NCBI GenBank assembly: GCA_010015805.1
Contig: ML978135.1
Location: 620,001-684,000, forward strand
DNA length: 64,000 nt
Direction of reading: 5' to 3'
Origin: Rhizodiscina lignyota
Lineage: Eukaryota
In this document: positions 25,469-38,129 of the stretch, piece after piece
Position numbering within the stretch: the stretch's first letter is position 1
Layout: each line of letters opens with the position of its first letter
Notes under the pieces: model-generated
What the model was told of the DNA's origin: nothing
The model's input: only the letters and a program-made list of their open reading frames with translations
The model's database searches: none
Translations under genes and position numbers: made by a program

Positions 25469-26494
25469 ATGGATGTCCGATTTGCCGCAGAGGCACTCAC
25501 TCGCCTCAGTTTATCAGCCTCTAAGTCCACGCGACGAGCACCGCGGCTGGTATACACCTCCCGTCAACTTTCTTCTCAATGCTTGAGACAGAAACCATCA
25601 GTGCATCCAGCAGCACAGCGAAGATGTCTCTCTTCCACGCCGGCACAATCCCGACCCCCAGCTGGAGCATCGGCAGCACGTCAACCAGACCCAGAGCCTG
25701 AGTACGAGCGACGGAGCGCAGACGCGTTCGAACGGCACTTCGCGAACAATCAATCACGGCCGCAACAGCGGCGAGACGTACAGTCGCTCCCTTCGGACGA
25801 CGAAATTGGATCGGTAGTTGACGAAGCAAGCAAGTCGGCTTCGAGTGCTCCTCGCTTTCGATTTCCCCCTGGGCATCGTCCAACCCGCAGCGGGAGCCAT
25901 GATCCACCTTCGGATTACTCAAGCAGGCCTTACTTTTCGAACGAGACAAACCCATCTTCATACTTCGGCCGAACAGGCGGCACAACCGCCGACAAACTAG
26001 AAGAAAAGTTCAACGAATACACCAAATCTCAGGAACCAGCACAACCGCACATCAGCCACCGTCCTGCCTCAGCGCGCGACTTTCTCGGCAACATGCGAAT
26101 GCCCGGCCAGTCCTCCTCCGACCCTTCTATCGAAGAAGACCCCGACGCCGCAATCAACAGCCTCCTCGACGCGCCATTCCTATCCTCCTCCCCCGACCCC
26201 AACGCCTTCACACGCAAGGAGTACCCGACATCCTCGCTGAACCTCAACGCCTCGACGGGACGTAGCGTTAGCATCGACGCAAACAGGGGCGTGGACGCCG
26301 CGCGGGCAATTGGCATCATGGAGGCGCGGCTCGCGGTGAATCGCGTGAGGAGGGATGTGCAGATGCAGCGGTTCCACGAGCGGCCAGGGCTGAAGAGGAA
26401 GAGGTTGGCGAGCCAGCGGTATCGGAGGAGGTTTAAGGCGGGCTTTTCGGAGACGTGCAAGCAGGTTAGGGAGATGGCTAAGAAGGGCTGGTAG
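25469..26494 (+). CDS. MRP21: Mitochondrial small-subunit ribosomal protein bS21m
   Basis: Arg/Ser-rich presequence and a C-terminal S21 domain (GRSV...NRVRRD..QRFHERPGLKRKRL..RRRFKAGF..MAKKGW). Confidence 0.85.
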   Translation: MDVRFAAEALTRLSLSASKSTRRAPRLVYTSRQLSSQCLRQKPSVHPAAQRRCLSSTPAQSRPPAGASAARQPDPEPEYERRSADAFERHFANNQSRPQQRRDVQSLPSDDEIGSVVDEASKSASSAPRFRFPPGHRPTRSGSHDPPSDYSSRPYFSNETNPSSYFGRTGGTTADKLEEKFNEYTKSQEPAQPHISHRPASARDFLGNMRMPGQSSSDPSIEEDPDAAINSLLDAPFLSSSPDPNAFTRKEYPTSSLNLNASTGRSVSIDANRGVDAARAIGIMEARLAVNRVRRDVQMQRFHERPGLKRKRLASQRYRRRFKAGFSETCKQVREMAKKGW

Positions 26495-26898
26495 AGAGAC
26501 ATTCTCGTTCATATAAAGTAGAGAAGTTGAACCAAACCTAGACGTTGTGGTTGTGTAGATAGGATGGGAAAGCGATGTACACTATTGCATACATAGAGGT
26601 GGATCGCATTTCAGTGGGAACTTCTCGATTTCCCAGCTAGTATATACAAGCCGCTTAGTAGCGCCATTCGTCTCTTCATATATGTACAACACTCAATCAG
26701 GAGTTCATGCCAGGAATCTGCCTGATCAAGGAAAGCTCGGGTATCATAATTCGTTGGTGAGCAACCTTCTCATGGCCTCGCAGCCGGGGATCCCCAGGAT
26801 GCTCCTGACTGAGAAGCAATAAACGCCTTTTCCGACTCTAAGAAATCAAGGACACTTTCGGTCCCTTTAATCGTAAGACTTGCAATTCGTGCCATCGA

Positions 26899-27443
26899 TC
26901 ACTCGGCCAACATCCCCGCAACGGTCAATGAGGTCATAACGCCCGCGAGCTCCCTCTTGATCGCATCCGCGCCTCTCCTCAGTACCAGCTGAGCGTCCAT
27001 CGCAGAGCGTCGGAAAGGAGCGAGTCTCCGCTCAGAGAATTGCTCCCCGGCCTCCCTCTCCTCAACATCGGAATCGGACTCGGGCGAGCGCTCGATTAGC
27101 TCACGGTCGACCATGTGTGAGGCATTGGGATCGGAGCGCTCGATTCTCTCGCGATCGACCATGTGCGAGACGCCGCGGTCGGGGTTGTATGTTCTACTTG
27201 AGACGGAGGCCTCGGGAAGAGCGGTGCGGCAGAGGAAGCATGGGTAGAAAGCGCGGAAGTTGGCTGTGAAGGGGCCTTCTGCTGTTGCCATGGCAAGCTG
27301 GTGCGATATTAGCGGAGAGGCTCAGATTGCGGGCACTGATGGCAACGTACCTCTCGTGCGGTGGATGCATGTAAAGTTGGGAGACATGAGACAAGGGATG
27401 TGGAGGCTAGTATGATGGAGAGGGATGCTGCGAGAACCTTCAT
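26899..27443 (-). CDS. Small secreted repeat-containing protein (possible Kex2-processed precursor), 2 exons
   Basis: Signal peptide MKVLAASLSIILASTSLVSC. Intron 27350-27298 (GTACGT...GCTAAT...CAG) joins in frame to LAMATAEG. Contains two SHMVDRExIERS repeats. Confidence 0.65.
27085..27168 (-). repeat. Two imperfect 36-nt coding repeats at 48-nt period (SHMVDRE[R/L]IERS)
   Basis: Units at 27133-27168 and 27085-27120 differ mostly at synonymous positions. Confidence 0.8.
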
Positions 27444-29465
27444 CGTGGATGGTAGAATGGATGTTGCTTGGAGATGATCGGTCTTTCGTACAAAGGAAAA
27501 CTTTGAAAGATGGACGTTGAAATTATGTTGTAATTCTGATTGACGCGAAGAATGCAGTGCTGGAATTTGGGACGGGCTCCTCTTGCCTTTTGTTTTACAG
27601 GAACACTCGCCCTCCTCCTGCTCCCCAAAGAGCATCATCTTAATTAACCTTACCTAGATACCGTTCACGTTTCGCGCGCGTGAAGGTCAAGCGTGCAGGC
27701 TTCTTCGCAGTGCTACATGACACACGGAGTGAGCGTGGTTTTGCTGTAGAAGGAGGTGCGGCTGAAACGGCCTTCGTGCCAAGGGACTGTGGCACCGGAC
27801 AAGCCTTCAAACATCTGACCGACATGCCGACCTCCCAGCCCACTTGGGCATTTTGCGGCTTTTTCTGACGCTTGTTTGCCGTTTCGGATCGCACATGGTG
27901 CTCGAAGCACTATTGACCCTTCCATTTATCTTCGCGCGGTGACGGTCTGTTTCTTGAAGAGGGCCAGTGATGGCAGAGTCGCGATGACGGTGGGGGTCAA
28001 ATGTTTCCTTTCTTGGTTTTGAGGTGTCTCAAGGCTCGAGTCAGGCCAATGCGTGGGGCTACGGTAGTCAATGTGCTGTACCTTATCTTTCTTCCATATC
28101 CTCCGTCGACCCTCCAAGCGATCGCTTGGCTGTGTCACCATGCTTCTCACCATCCTACTTGGCGTCTGATAGCCTGATAGATCGTATGCTAACGACAGTG
28201 ACCTATGTCCAGGGTGCAATCGAAAACAGCCTCGTTTTCATATGCTGAGTCAATTTTCTTTGGACATTCGAAAGAGCTTGATGGTTATGAAAGATTCGGT
28301 CGCGCCGAGGCGTGGTGGTTTTTTGACCCGAGAACTTGGAGTGCGTATGTGCTGCTTCAACATACTCCTCTTGAGAGGTCTGTATCTGCTGCAATATCTC
28401 TTGCCACGCTCATAGTAGGTTGATACAGGCACCTGTTGCAGAGGATCTGTTCATTCTGTCATGTGGAAGATGGTTATCATTCCAAGTCTCGCCCGAAGTC
28501 GCTCTCATCTTTCATTCAACTCGCATGCGCCCGATGCAATTGCGCATGAACTGGCACTTGACTATGCCTCCCTTCCTATTCGCACAGGTTGACAAGCTCT
28601 GTGATGCCTATCGGTCCCCTTCAACAGTTATCTCTTATCCCCTTCATCGCTACAGGCGACTCCCGGAAGTTCTCCGTCATCTCTTTTGCTTTCCGCTTCT
28701 TGAGGTTTATGGCTTTCGCTGTCGCGCCTTGGTCGGACTCTACTCATCATGAACTCCTCCGAATTATCAGTTTAAGCTTGCTAAAAGCAAGACTATAGCA
28801 GGCCCCGTTGTGTGCATCCACGTTTGAATGGAAGCTCTGAGTCTCTTTCTGTCTAGCTCTCCAGGATGAAAACGGTTACCAAGCCAAGTATATATACGCT
28901 CCTCGGGTACGCACGTGGCATCGACCGACAGTGGCTATTCATAAGAAACACGGCCCAGCGCGTACGCAAGAGTGGACTTCTGTCTGCGTTGTAACGCACG
29001 ACTCGACGAATTAATATCTGCAACACTGATTCGAAGCAAAAGAGTAGGTCCTTCAAGTCCAGGAATGGCACGTACTTGGCCATTGTTGATGAGTAGTCTC
29101 GCGGCATAAAGGCAGATGTTGCTGCCAACCTCGAGACTCCACCAGTAAAGGAGTCCCTTGACGAAGTCGCACCAGCGCCAACAAACACTGTGACTGCTCG
29201 CGGAAGAACTCTTTGGTGAGACTGACTGATAGCGACCTGTTGCGTGCGACCAGAGCTAAGTTGTCAACGAAGTCCTTGCGACACAAGATTTGCTTGGCAT
29301 TCGAACAGAGCTATCGTTCGCTGACCGTCAACACCACGCGCTTAGGCCATTAACCACGTCACAATACTCAGTCACTGAGCAATGATGTCACGCAGCTGCC
29401 GAATACTTAAGGCAGAAACTCCTCTATTTCCTTCGAACCTCTCCTCAACATTTGAACACACCACG

Positions 29466-31122
29466 ATGGCGTCCACGATAGCCTTCTTGAGGTCGGGCGA
29501 GCCCCTCCGTATGCTCGCGCTCATATCCAGTATCACTCTACCTGCCATGTTCGCATGGATCTCTTACGAAAATGCCTCTTCTATCAGCCTGGATGACGGC
29601 AATACCAAATACATGACAGGTGAATCATTTGCTTCGACAGCCGATGGGAAGCTCATGATACGACTTGAACACCAGACTATGTACGCAGTAAGTCAATGCC
29701 ATGTAGAAGGGGTTGTATACGTTATCATAACTAACTTATTACCAGTGCATTCTCGGAGGCCTTGCTGGGGTTTTCCTCATTGTCTGCCTTGGCGTGACTC
29801 CAAGATTGCGCACTAGCAGTGTTAAGAAGCGCGAGCATATTTCCTTTGGCTTGGTCACAGCACTTTCGCTTGCTTCAGGAGTAATGCACTCCTACTGCTT
29901 GGCTATCAAGGCTCAGGCCCTGTCAAGGATTCCCATCATTATTTTCTGGGGCTACCCATTCCTCCGCACAGACTACAAACTCCAAATTGTCGCTTGGTAC
30001 GTCATTCCCCGTATCCCCAGTACACTCTCATAATTTTGGTACTATCTGGTCATATACTGACAATTCCTAGTGTCATGACTTTCTTCATTGGAGCGAACCA
30101 AATCGCGGTACATATCCTCACTGCTGCGGGCATCCTGGATATAGCAGGTTCAACTACTTTGCCATGGTTTCCGCCGCCGCATGCACCCTGTCAAGCCGCA
30201 TATACGTTGAGCTTCCTGGCCATACCAACGCACTTAATCATTCTACCTCTCGAGCGGATACTCCCACTGTACCGTTTCCACAGCTCACGAGCCAGGAAAT
30301 GGTGGCAGCAGCGGAAGCAGCAGAAACACGAACAGGCAAGGACAACAGGCATTGCATTGCAATCACTTCGAGGGCCTTCTGCTCCCCTCCAGTCCGCAAT
30401 ACTCCCTGGAACCACCGTGCCGTGGGCTGGAACGAAGTTCACCTACGATTTCCTATATGAAGTTGGGAAGTACCTCCACTACGAGGACATTCTCAGTCTC
30501 AGCCGCACATGCCATGCATTTCATGACGAGATCTTTCCACCAGACAGTCTCATCCAGCACCAGCAGCGATGGAAGAGGATCACGTGCACGGACACTACGG
30601 ATGAGGATGGCGAATGGCCAGGCAGTTGCTGGAGCTGCAATAACCAGATCTGCGGTGTAAGTCTATTACCCACGAATGCGCAGGTACATCACTGTTTCCT
30701 CAGCTAACCAGATTCGCCAGGACTGCATGCACCCATTAGCTGTTCACTGCTGCCTTGGCCCCGGGCACAGCGCCCGCTGCGTCCCGTACTGCAATATCTG
30801 CTTCCGCGCACTTACCAACGCCGGATACACGAAGGACGCTGAATGCGTCTCTTCTGGCAGCAAGACGGTAGAAGTGACTATCTGCGGGGATTGTCACGCG
30901 GCAGACAAGAAGCACGTGATGCGTGCTGGTAAGGAGAAGGCGCGGTACTACCTCCACCGCTCCAACGAGGGCGCCACAAGCTGCTCGAAGTGCGAAAACG
31001 CTCTTCATGCAGTGGGTGTGAGACGGTGGGTGTGCACAGAAGGAGGGTGCGAGCATGAATGCAAGAGTGCTCTGCATCTTGCCTATGTCTCACACCTTCC
31101 TTCTGGTGCCGGTGAAGTCTGA
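29466..31122 (+). CDS. Multi-TM protein fused to an F-box and a Cys-rich C-terminus, 4 exons
   Basis: Several hydrophobic helices, an F-box-like FTYDFLYEVGKYLHYEDILSLSRTCHAFHDEI, then CWSCNNQICGDC and further CxxC pairs. Introns at ~29688-29745, ~29997-30070 and ~30656-30720. Confidence 0.7.
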
Positions 31123-31355
31123 TCTGTTTCCATCGGATTCGGCCGTGGTTTTAAGGTTTCGCTGCGTTTACAGGCATTGCTGACGGCGTGTTCGATTAGG
31201 GGACGAGTCTCTATGATTGTAGAGACTTGTAGAGACTGCCTTGAAGTTTCTACAGTTTATATGTAAATCGAAAAGCTTGGCCTTAATACATACAGGTGCC
31301 ATCTTCTCGATACTAACTGCTCTACCCCTTAATCTCCAGGAGTCGTAACCACGCC

Positions 31356-32520
31356 CTATATAGCCTCAATCTCATTGGCCGGTCTGTCCAAAGCCGGCAC
31401 CTTTGGCCTCTCCACATTGTGCTCCGTCCCTCGGCTCTTCAGGTAGGAGTCCTTGTCCTTGTAGTTGGCACTATTCCACGTCTTTGCTCTGTTCGCAACC
31501 CAAGCATCCGCATTCATCAGCTGATCCTCCTCCTCCTTCGTTGGTGGTGGGTCGAACAGGCTTCTTAACTTGACATCTGAATTCGGTCTGGCAAAGTATA
31601 CCACCGAGTGTCGGTTGCTCCTCGCCTGTTCGCCTGGTGGTCCCATCACTCGATGCACGGCACTATATAACCGTCCGCCGCAAAGCTTCACAAATGAATC
31701 GCCGAGGTTGATGATCGCACAGTCTGGCTTCGGGGTAATGTACTTCCACTCTCGACTATTCGGCTCCAGCGCCTGCAATCCACCCAGCTGATTGAAAAGC
31801 ACCGTTATGGAGCCGAAGTCAGTGTGCTCTCCCAAACAGATCGTGTCCTCACTTACGGGCGGCGCATGCGTGACACGGGCTTGACACACGCTCGGGCGGT
31901 CCAGTAGATGCAAACTCGGTAACAATTCTGGGTCCAGGCCCAACTCTTTCCCCAGTGCATCAACAAGGCCAGTGACAACGCGATGGCACGACCGCATGTA
32001 CTCGTCAAGCTGAGCCTTCCTCTCCGTGACGACTTGCGGATGCGGCGAGGGATGGGCGCCACGTTCGCCAATGCCGAGGATCTCGTCTTTGCTGATGTTG
32101 TAAAACTCGCTTCGATCGGGCGTGCCTTTGTCGTCGACGAACATTGCACCGCTGCGTTTGTAGCCGAAGTAGTGGCCCGTTGCGCCCATGTCGTACTTCA
32201 TCTTTTCCGTATTGGGGAGGGAAAAGATGGCGTTGGCTAGATCGAACACTAAGAAATATGGTCAGCGTTGAAGGCATATGAATGCACGCTGAAGATGTTT
32301 GGTCTATGACCTGCGAATGGCGGCGGGAGACAGTGGTCATACTAAAGTTGTAGTCCACGTCGTGGTTCGACAGGTAGAAGAATCCATAACCGGTAGCTGC
32401 TTCATAGACCTTGCGTGATTCTTCTTTCGAACCATTCAGGAGAGCGGCAAAGTCCACTGTGTGAATCTCAGCGGTAGGAAGATTGGATGGAAAGGGCGGA
32501 ATGGTTTCTTGAGATGGCAT
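31356..32520 (-). CDS. 2-oxoglutarate/Fe(II) dioxygenase (DIOX_N + 2OG-FeII_Oxy), 2 exons
   Basis: GFFYLSNH, HTDFGSITVLF, INLGD, SAVHRV and RHS motifs. Confidence 0.9.
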
Positions 32521-33438
32521 TTTGGATTTTGCTGGCGTTGGAATTTACATGAACAGGGTGCCTCAAGTCGTATTTTCCGATGTCATTGAATGTGTAAATG
32601 AACGCTCTTGTCAAAGTTAAGGGGTAGAACAAAACATTTGGGTTACGAGCCGATATAAAGCGTCATCAAAAGTTGGGAGAGGGGTAACACCTTCTCCTCG
32701 GGAATAACGGGATATGTCAACGCAGATACGAATGAGGACCTACGTAAGGTATGAGAAGTTGTAAGTGTGACATATGTGATAATTGTATTGTTGCCCAAGA
32801 GAACCGCACATTTGGATGTAGTCTAAATACGAGATTCTTTGGATCGAGCATAGTCCAATAGAAGTTTAAATGTCCTGACGTTAACCGCTATGCTAACTCA
32901 ATTTTGAATTCCTTACATGCTCATGTTCAATGGAACAGTCAAACAGCTGCACCTCCCAGTGCATTGAACTGTAGGATGAGATGCAGTTTGACATCGGACA
33001 TTCCCTGGCCGACAATCAAATTGGATATCGAATCTCTTGACGCTTGGTGCTGTATTCGCTCATCTAAGTCATCTTTAGTTGCATAAATCCTTAAGTTCAG
33101 CGGAAGAGGCGAGTAGCTACATCTCCCAGAATATTGACGTTTTGGATTGTATGCAGTTGGATATTTAGCATCTTTTAGACATGCTTTATCGAACAAGATA
33201 TCAAGCCTCTCCGCGCTAGGTGCTCGGTTCGCTGATCTTTGAGTTGTGTAGATCCTTCTTGTTTTGCCCAACTCACAAACACCTACAGCTCTTGAAGGAA
33301 CAAAATGCTAAGTTTAATGTGGTTTGTATAAAGGAGACTCTATTCGAGTCGAAGCAGCGAACATAGTGACATGCAGTGTGTAAGATCGTTGGTATTCGCT
33401 TCACGCGGTACTCTAAGCTTGAAATGACATTTGATACA

Positions 33439-34711
33439 TCAGTGGCATTGCGCTTCTATGGTCTCCGCTTGTTCCGTCAACAACCTCGCCCTTGCGAGTA
33501 CAGCCGCTGGGTCTGCAACTGCGACTGCGGGATCCTCTTGTCTTGCAGCTTTTCGAAGCCGTTCTGCTTTCTCCCTCAGCCATGCGGCCCTGGCTTTGCG
33601 CTCCTCATTAGCATCTGCCGCAGGAGCGTCCATCATCTCTGAATCGCCATCCTTATCTTGAACACCCTGCTCGTGTCCATCTTCAGGTTTCGACGTGTTA
33701 CCGTTTGAGATATTTGATCCTGCCGTCCGCGATGCGTCACTGCGTAAGGGTATGTATGTGTTACCTATCGGCTGTGGGTGTGGAGCAGTTGTCGACTGGA
33801 AGGCGCTCTTGAATTTCGATATACTCTCGGGGGTCGTCAGGCCTAAGCAAATGGGAAGGTGAGTCTCTGAGAAATTCGTATGCAGGACATCGCTGCTCTC
33901 TGGAGGGGTACCGTCGTATAAGTGAACAAGTTTCTTCCGCATATCAAGCTCTTCAGAGGTCTTGTCGTGAATCTTTGACGTATATGCGTCGAATTTTCCG
34001 GAAGCACTATCTTCTAGAACTTTGGTGAGGGCCTTTGTGAACACGGCGTCGGTGTTACCCAAAGTTGTTGTATTTGAAGCACATGCAGCAAGTAACTCAC
34101 ACCTCCTATGGGGTGTCTGGCTAAATGCCTGTGAGGCCTTGAAAGACTGTCGCATCACTGCCCCGGCTGCGTTGGCGTGACATGTATCAAGGACGAGGAG
34201 GACGTGCGACTTTGTAGCGACTAAATGCTTGAAGACGTCGGAAAAGTGAATTCTCACCCATTCGGTTCGCTTTTGATTGCTACCAGTGCTCTGTACTTCG
34301 CTATTTGCTGTCAGTCATATACGTAGAAGTATCGTCAAGTTTAAAGAGCACTCACGTTGCCCATATGTGGTCTTCTCGTTCACCCCGCCCGTGGCCAGAA
34401 TAATAGAGAACGAAGAGATTATCCTTGTCTTGTCCATAGCTAGCAAGCTTGTCGTCTATCTTCTTGATGACCGCGTTTGTAGAGCCATCATCGGAGTGAA
34501 CTGGTATGTGTCCGACTGTTGCCTCACGCCCGAATTTTGTAGTTACAACTTCTTTCAGCTTCAAGGTGTTTTTTTGCTGGTCGAGTGGTGCATTCTTCCA
34601 TTCGAACATCAACCAGAACACTTTCTTAAATTTCAGTATAACATCTCCTGCCCGCTGTGGAGAGTGAAGAGAGATGCTTGGTTTTGGGTTGAATGAATCT
34701 GGAAGCACCAT
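33439..34711 (-). CDS. Caspase-fold (peptidase C14-like) protease with a coiled-coil tail, 2 exons
   Basis: His motif LFVLYYSGHG, Cys motif VLLVLDTCHA, then ELLAAC and FTKAL. Intron 34355-34301 joins the two ORFs in frame. The start is uncertain. Confidence 0.7.
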
Positions 34712-36391
34712 GATGAGAGCAAAGGACGCGTTAAAAGCGTTGAACCGGGTTATGAGGCTCGCACACAGACATGAGGTGATTGCGAGGTGTCGGTGATGAG
34801 GTTGTGTAGAGAGGATCCGGTTTTCGAGCCGAGTGCGCGCCGAAGGAACCTTCGAGCAAGCTGTCTTGGATTCTGAGGCTCAGGAATGGCAGAAGTAAGT
34901 GAAGGTGGAGTGGTGTTGGTGACTGTGAACATAGTGAGTGCCAAGACTCAAGGTGCGACTCCATACTCACAGTAATTCACACCGCCAACTACGTGTTACG
35001 GGCCGAGAATCGGAACTGCATGCTTCAAACGACAGCCCGAAATCAGATTCAATCTTATAGCAACTCTCCTTAGACCCCCGATCGCGGAATCGCATGGTGC
35101 TCGACATTGATGATTGACTGCTACTTGGATTGTGTGTCGTGTTTCAAAGTTGATGGACGGAAAAGTTCCCACAGTACAAGGACTGACTGTGTGAGTGGCG
35201 GCATAAAAAGAGGCAGGAAAAGACTGCTGATAGCTTGACTCTCAAGGAGCGAAATTAAAGGAAACTTTCCTGCCAGCTCCATCTGTCTACTATCTCAACT
35301 CGATAGTTGCACCTGCGTCTGAAAAGCAGACATACTGATTGAGACTAGTTTTTGGTATTGTCCCTTTATATCTTCCTTATTTGGTCGAGGCAAGTCGAAG
35401 GGAGTCTCCATCTTGATTGCGGCTCAAGCTGGGTCACCAAATTCGACAATCTTGCAGGAGTTGAGAAATTTCCGGTTGGCTATTGACCATGGCACGAAGA
35501 CGTTGCTGAGTATTTCACTAACTCGGAGTCTCAGATTAAATACCTTGAGCCGGTTGCAGAAAATGTCCCTCAGGTGTCGTTCAATCGGTGTCACCGATTA
35601 GGAATAGTGAAGCATTGCGATCGACACTACCAGACATCTGGCCCATGTATCAGCGTGGAAAGCATCCTAAACGAAATTGGTTGGATGGAGCGCCCGATGC
35701 CGTTAATTGCCGTACGAGGACACGTAACCACGTTCACGGTATTGACCTCATTAGGATTCTTTGCTGATAAGCAGACAAAGGATTCCTAGAAGAAGTAGAT
35801 GATGATCCATACTGCCTTCGTCATTATGCATAAGGCTGCAGTAGTCCAAGCGGCCTAGATCCTGTACGGCTCAAGGGTCGTTCTACCATATATTAAAATC
35901 CGGTCAAAAGTCAGCAGCTTCCTAGCGTTTACACATACCGCACGAGAACTCCGCCCCATCGAGCTTCCCTGCCTGCTCAGCACTCAACCTGGCATGGTAT
36001 TGATTAATATCCGGCAGATCCACAGCTCAAAGCACTTATCACGTGTGGTTGGGATTGATGCAAACATGGAATTATGGCACCCTCGTGCCATGCTGACAGC
36101 CCAGCAGCCCAAGGCGGGCTGATTTCGTAGCCGTCGCGTTCCTTCGCGTCTACGCCTCACAGATATCGCGCTATCTGAACTCATTGAATCCTGCACGACA
36201 CGATGCCATTGGCTATGCCAACTTGCCACCCTTTGACTTTGAGAAGGAGCCGCTATTAAATTCCGTTCCATCCAAAAAGACCCATCAAAGTCTATATTGC
36301 ACTGTGTCAGCTTTATTCGGACGCTGTGGGGGTCTGAACTCTCCACGGGTTGCCGGACCAAGGTCGCTGGTGGCAGAGAAATCCAGATCAA

Positions 36392-38129
36392 ATGCAGCAA
36401 CATTTGCAGACGGTCCTATCGGGACTAACTTCTATCTTTCTGCCTGTATTCCTCTACCGATATGGGCTTTTCAAGTGGTTCGACCTCGTTGTACGCATCA
36501 GCCTTGCGGAATATAATCGCTATCAAAACCAACAAAGGCTGGAAAATGAGTCGTCCACCGATGCCCATAATGCCGCAGAAAAGGCCATGGCTTGTGTAGT
36601 GGGATGGCGAGAAGACCCCATACAGTATGAGAAAGCTCTGTCCTCATATGTTGAAGCTGGTGTTCGGTGTGTTGTTGTGGGTGTCGACGGGGGAGAAAAG
36701 GCAGACATGGCAATGGTCGGCGTCTTCAGAAATGTCTTTCCGGATTCCGCAGCAAATGTTCTATGCCTACAGCAGTCTCTTGGCAAGCAATTCATTCGCA
36801 AGGCCCTCGCAAATGGATTCAAGTCCGGAAAACCCGCTCCGACGACATCGGAGAAAGACGCATTCCGCAAAGCATATGACTTCACCAAGTCGGAGATGGA
36901 AAAGGCAGGATTTCTCCGAAGCAAAGAGCCACCAAAGGGAGTTTGCTTCTATCAGCCTCATTGTGACCTGAAAGAAATTCGTTTCTCTGCCTGGATGGTC
37001 TCTGTGATTATCGCAGACGTCTACGGATTCGATTATCTGTGGGTGAGTGACTCCGACACTCAGATATTGCCAGACACAGTCACGACCTTGGCGAGAGTGC
37101 TCAAGTCGGAGCCGAAAGCTGCCGGAGCAGGTGCGTACGTTCGTCTGCATAACGCCGAAGTCTCCAGCATCTCAAGAATGGCCGGCCTTGCATGGGCTCT
37201 GGACACATATATGAACAGAGCGGCGCTCAGTGCTCTGGGCACCTCCGAATGTCTAAATGGACCGACATCGATGTACAGAGTCTCTGCCCTTCGTGAGGTC
37301 ATGGTTGTTCAATATCGCTTCCATTATCTCGAATCTACAGAAAACACCGTTAGCCCCCGTACCTCAGGCCTGACATGAATTCCCTGCTCACTGTCGTACA
37401 GGTTATCAACGAAGACATCCAAACGACAATGATGCTAGCGAAAAGGGGATGGAAGAGGCTCTACGTGGAGTATGCTTCTGCACTTACGGGTGGACCGGAA
37501 ACTCTACGAGCCTGGTATGGACAGCGAGTGAGTACTTGTTTTATGTGTGAGTTAGAACTGCATCTAACGCCAACCAGCTACGATGGAGCCGTGGTATCAA
37601 TTTCCATCGCTTCTTCGATGCGCCATATATTGCATCACAGGGCCCTCTTACTATCTGGTACTGGCTGCGAAGCGGTTTTTACGATGTCTTTGTCTTCTTG
37701 TGGGTTCTCTGGTACGCAATATTCGGGACTGAGCTCTTCAAGATTACGCGATACGACGTGCTGGTCTTCGAGTTGCTACCCCCGATCTACAACTTCTTAA
37801 GATGCCAGGCTCCGATGCCAAGTCTTCCAGTCTCCGTGACTCTTTTCGCCTGTTATAGGTTTGTGTGCCCAAGCTATCGGATGCTGACTTTCATCACTCC
37901 ATTTTCGACATCTTGGGCGCTGCCGCAGAAGAGTACCGAGACTCCCTTTTACCCTCTCAGCTTCGTTCACAGGGAGTTTGAGGCGCTGTTCTTCATGCTG
38001 TGGACGGGAATTGCAGGAGGAGCGGTAGGAAGAGCTGTCGCGACTTTCCTTGGAAACGAGAATGTCTTACCATGGATGATGGCTTTCATGATGGCCGGAG
38101 CATCAGCGGGATTTTATACAATCGAGTAG
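36392..38129 (+). CDS. Processive GT2 glycosyltransferase, hyaluronan synthase/Cps1-like, 3 exons
   Basis: VVGWRED, VGVDG, WVSDSDT (DxD), CLNGP, NEDIQTT and Q(R)LRW joined across an intron, with C-terminal TM helices. Confidence 0.75.

Noticed and set aside
27900..29300. Broken minus-strand ORF pieces, including a faint F-box-like MAKYVPFLDLKDLL
   Set aside because: A model needs several frameshifts and has no second supporting motif. It may be a relic, but I cannot support it.
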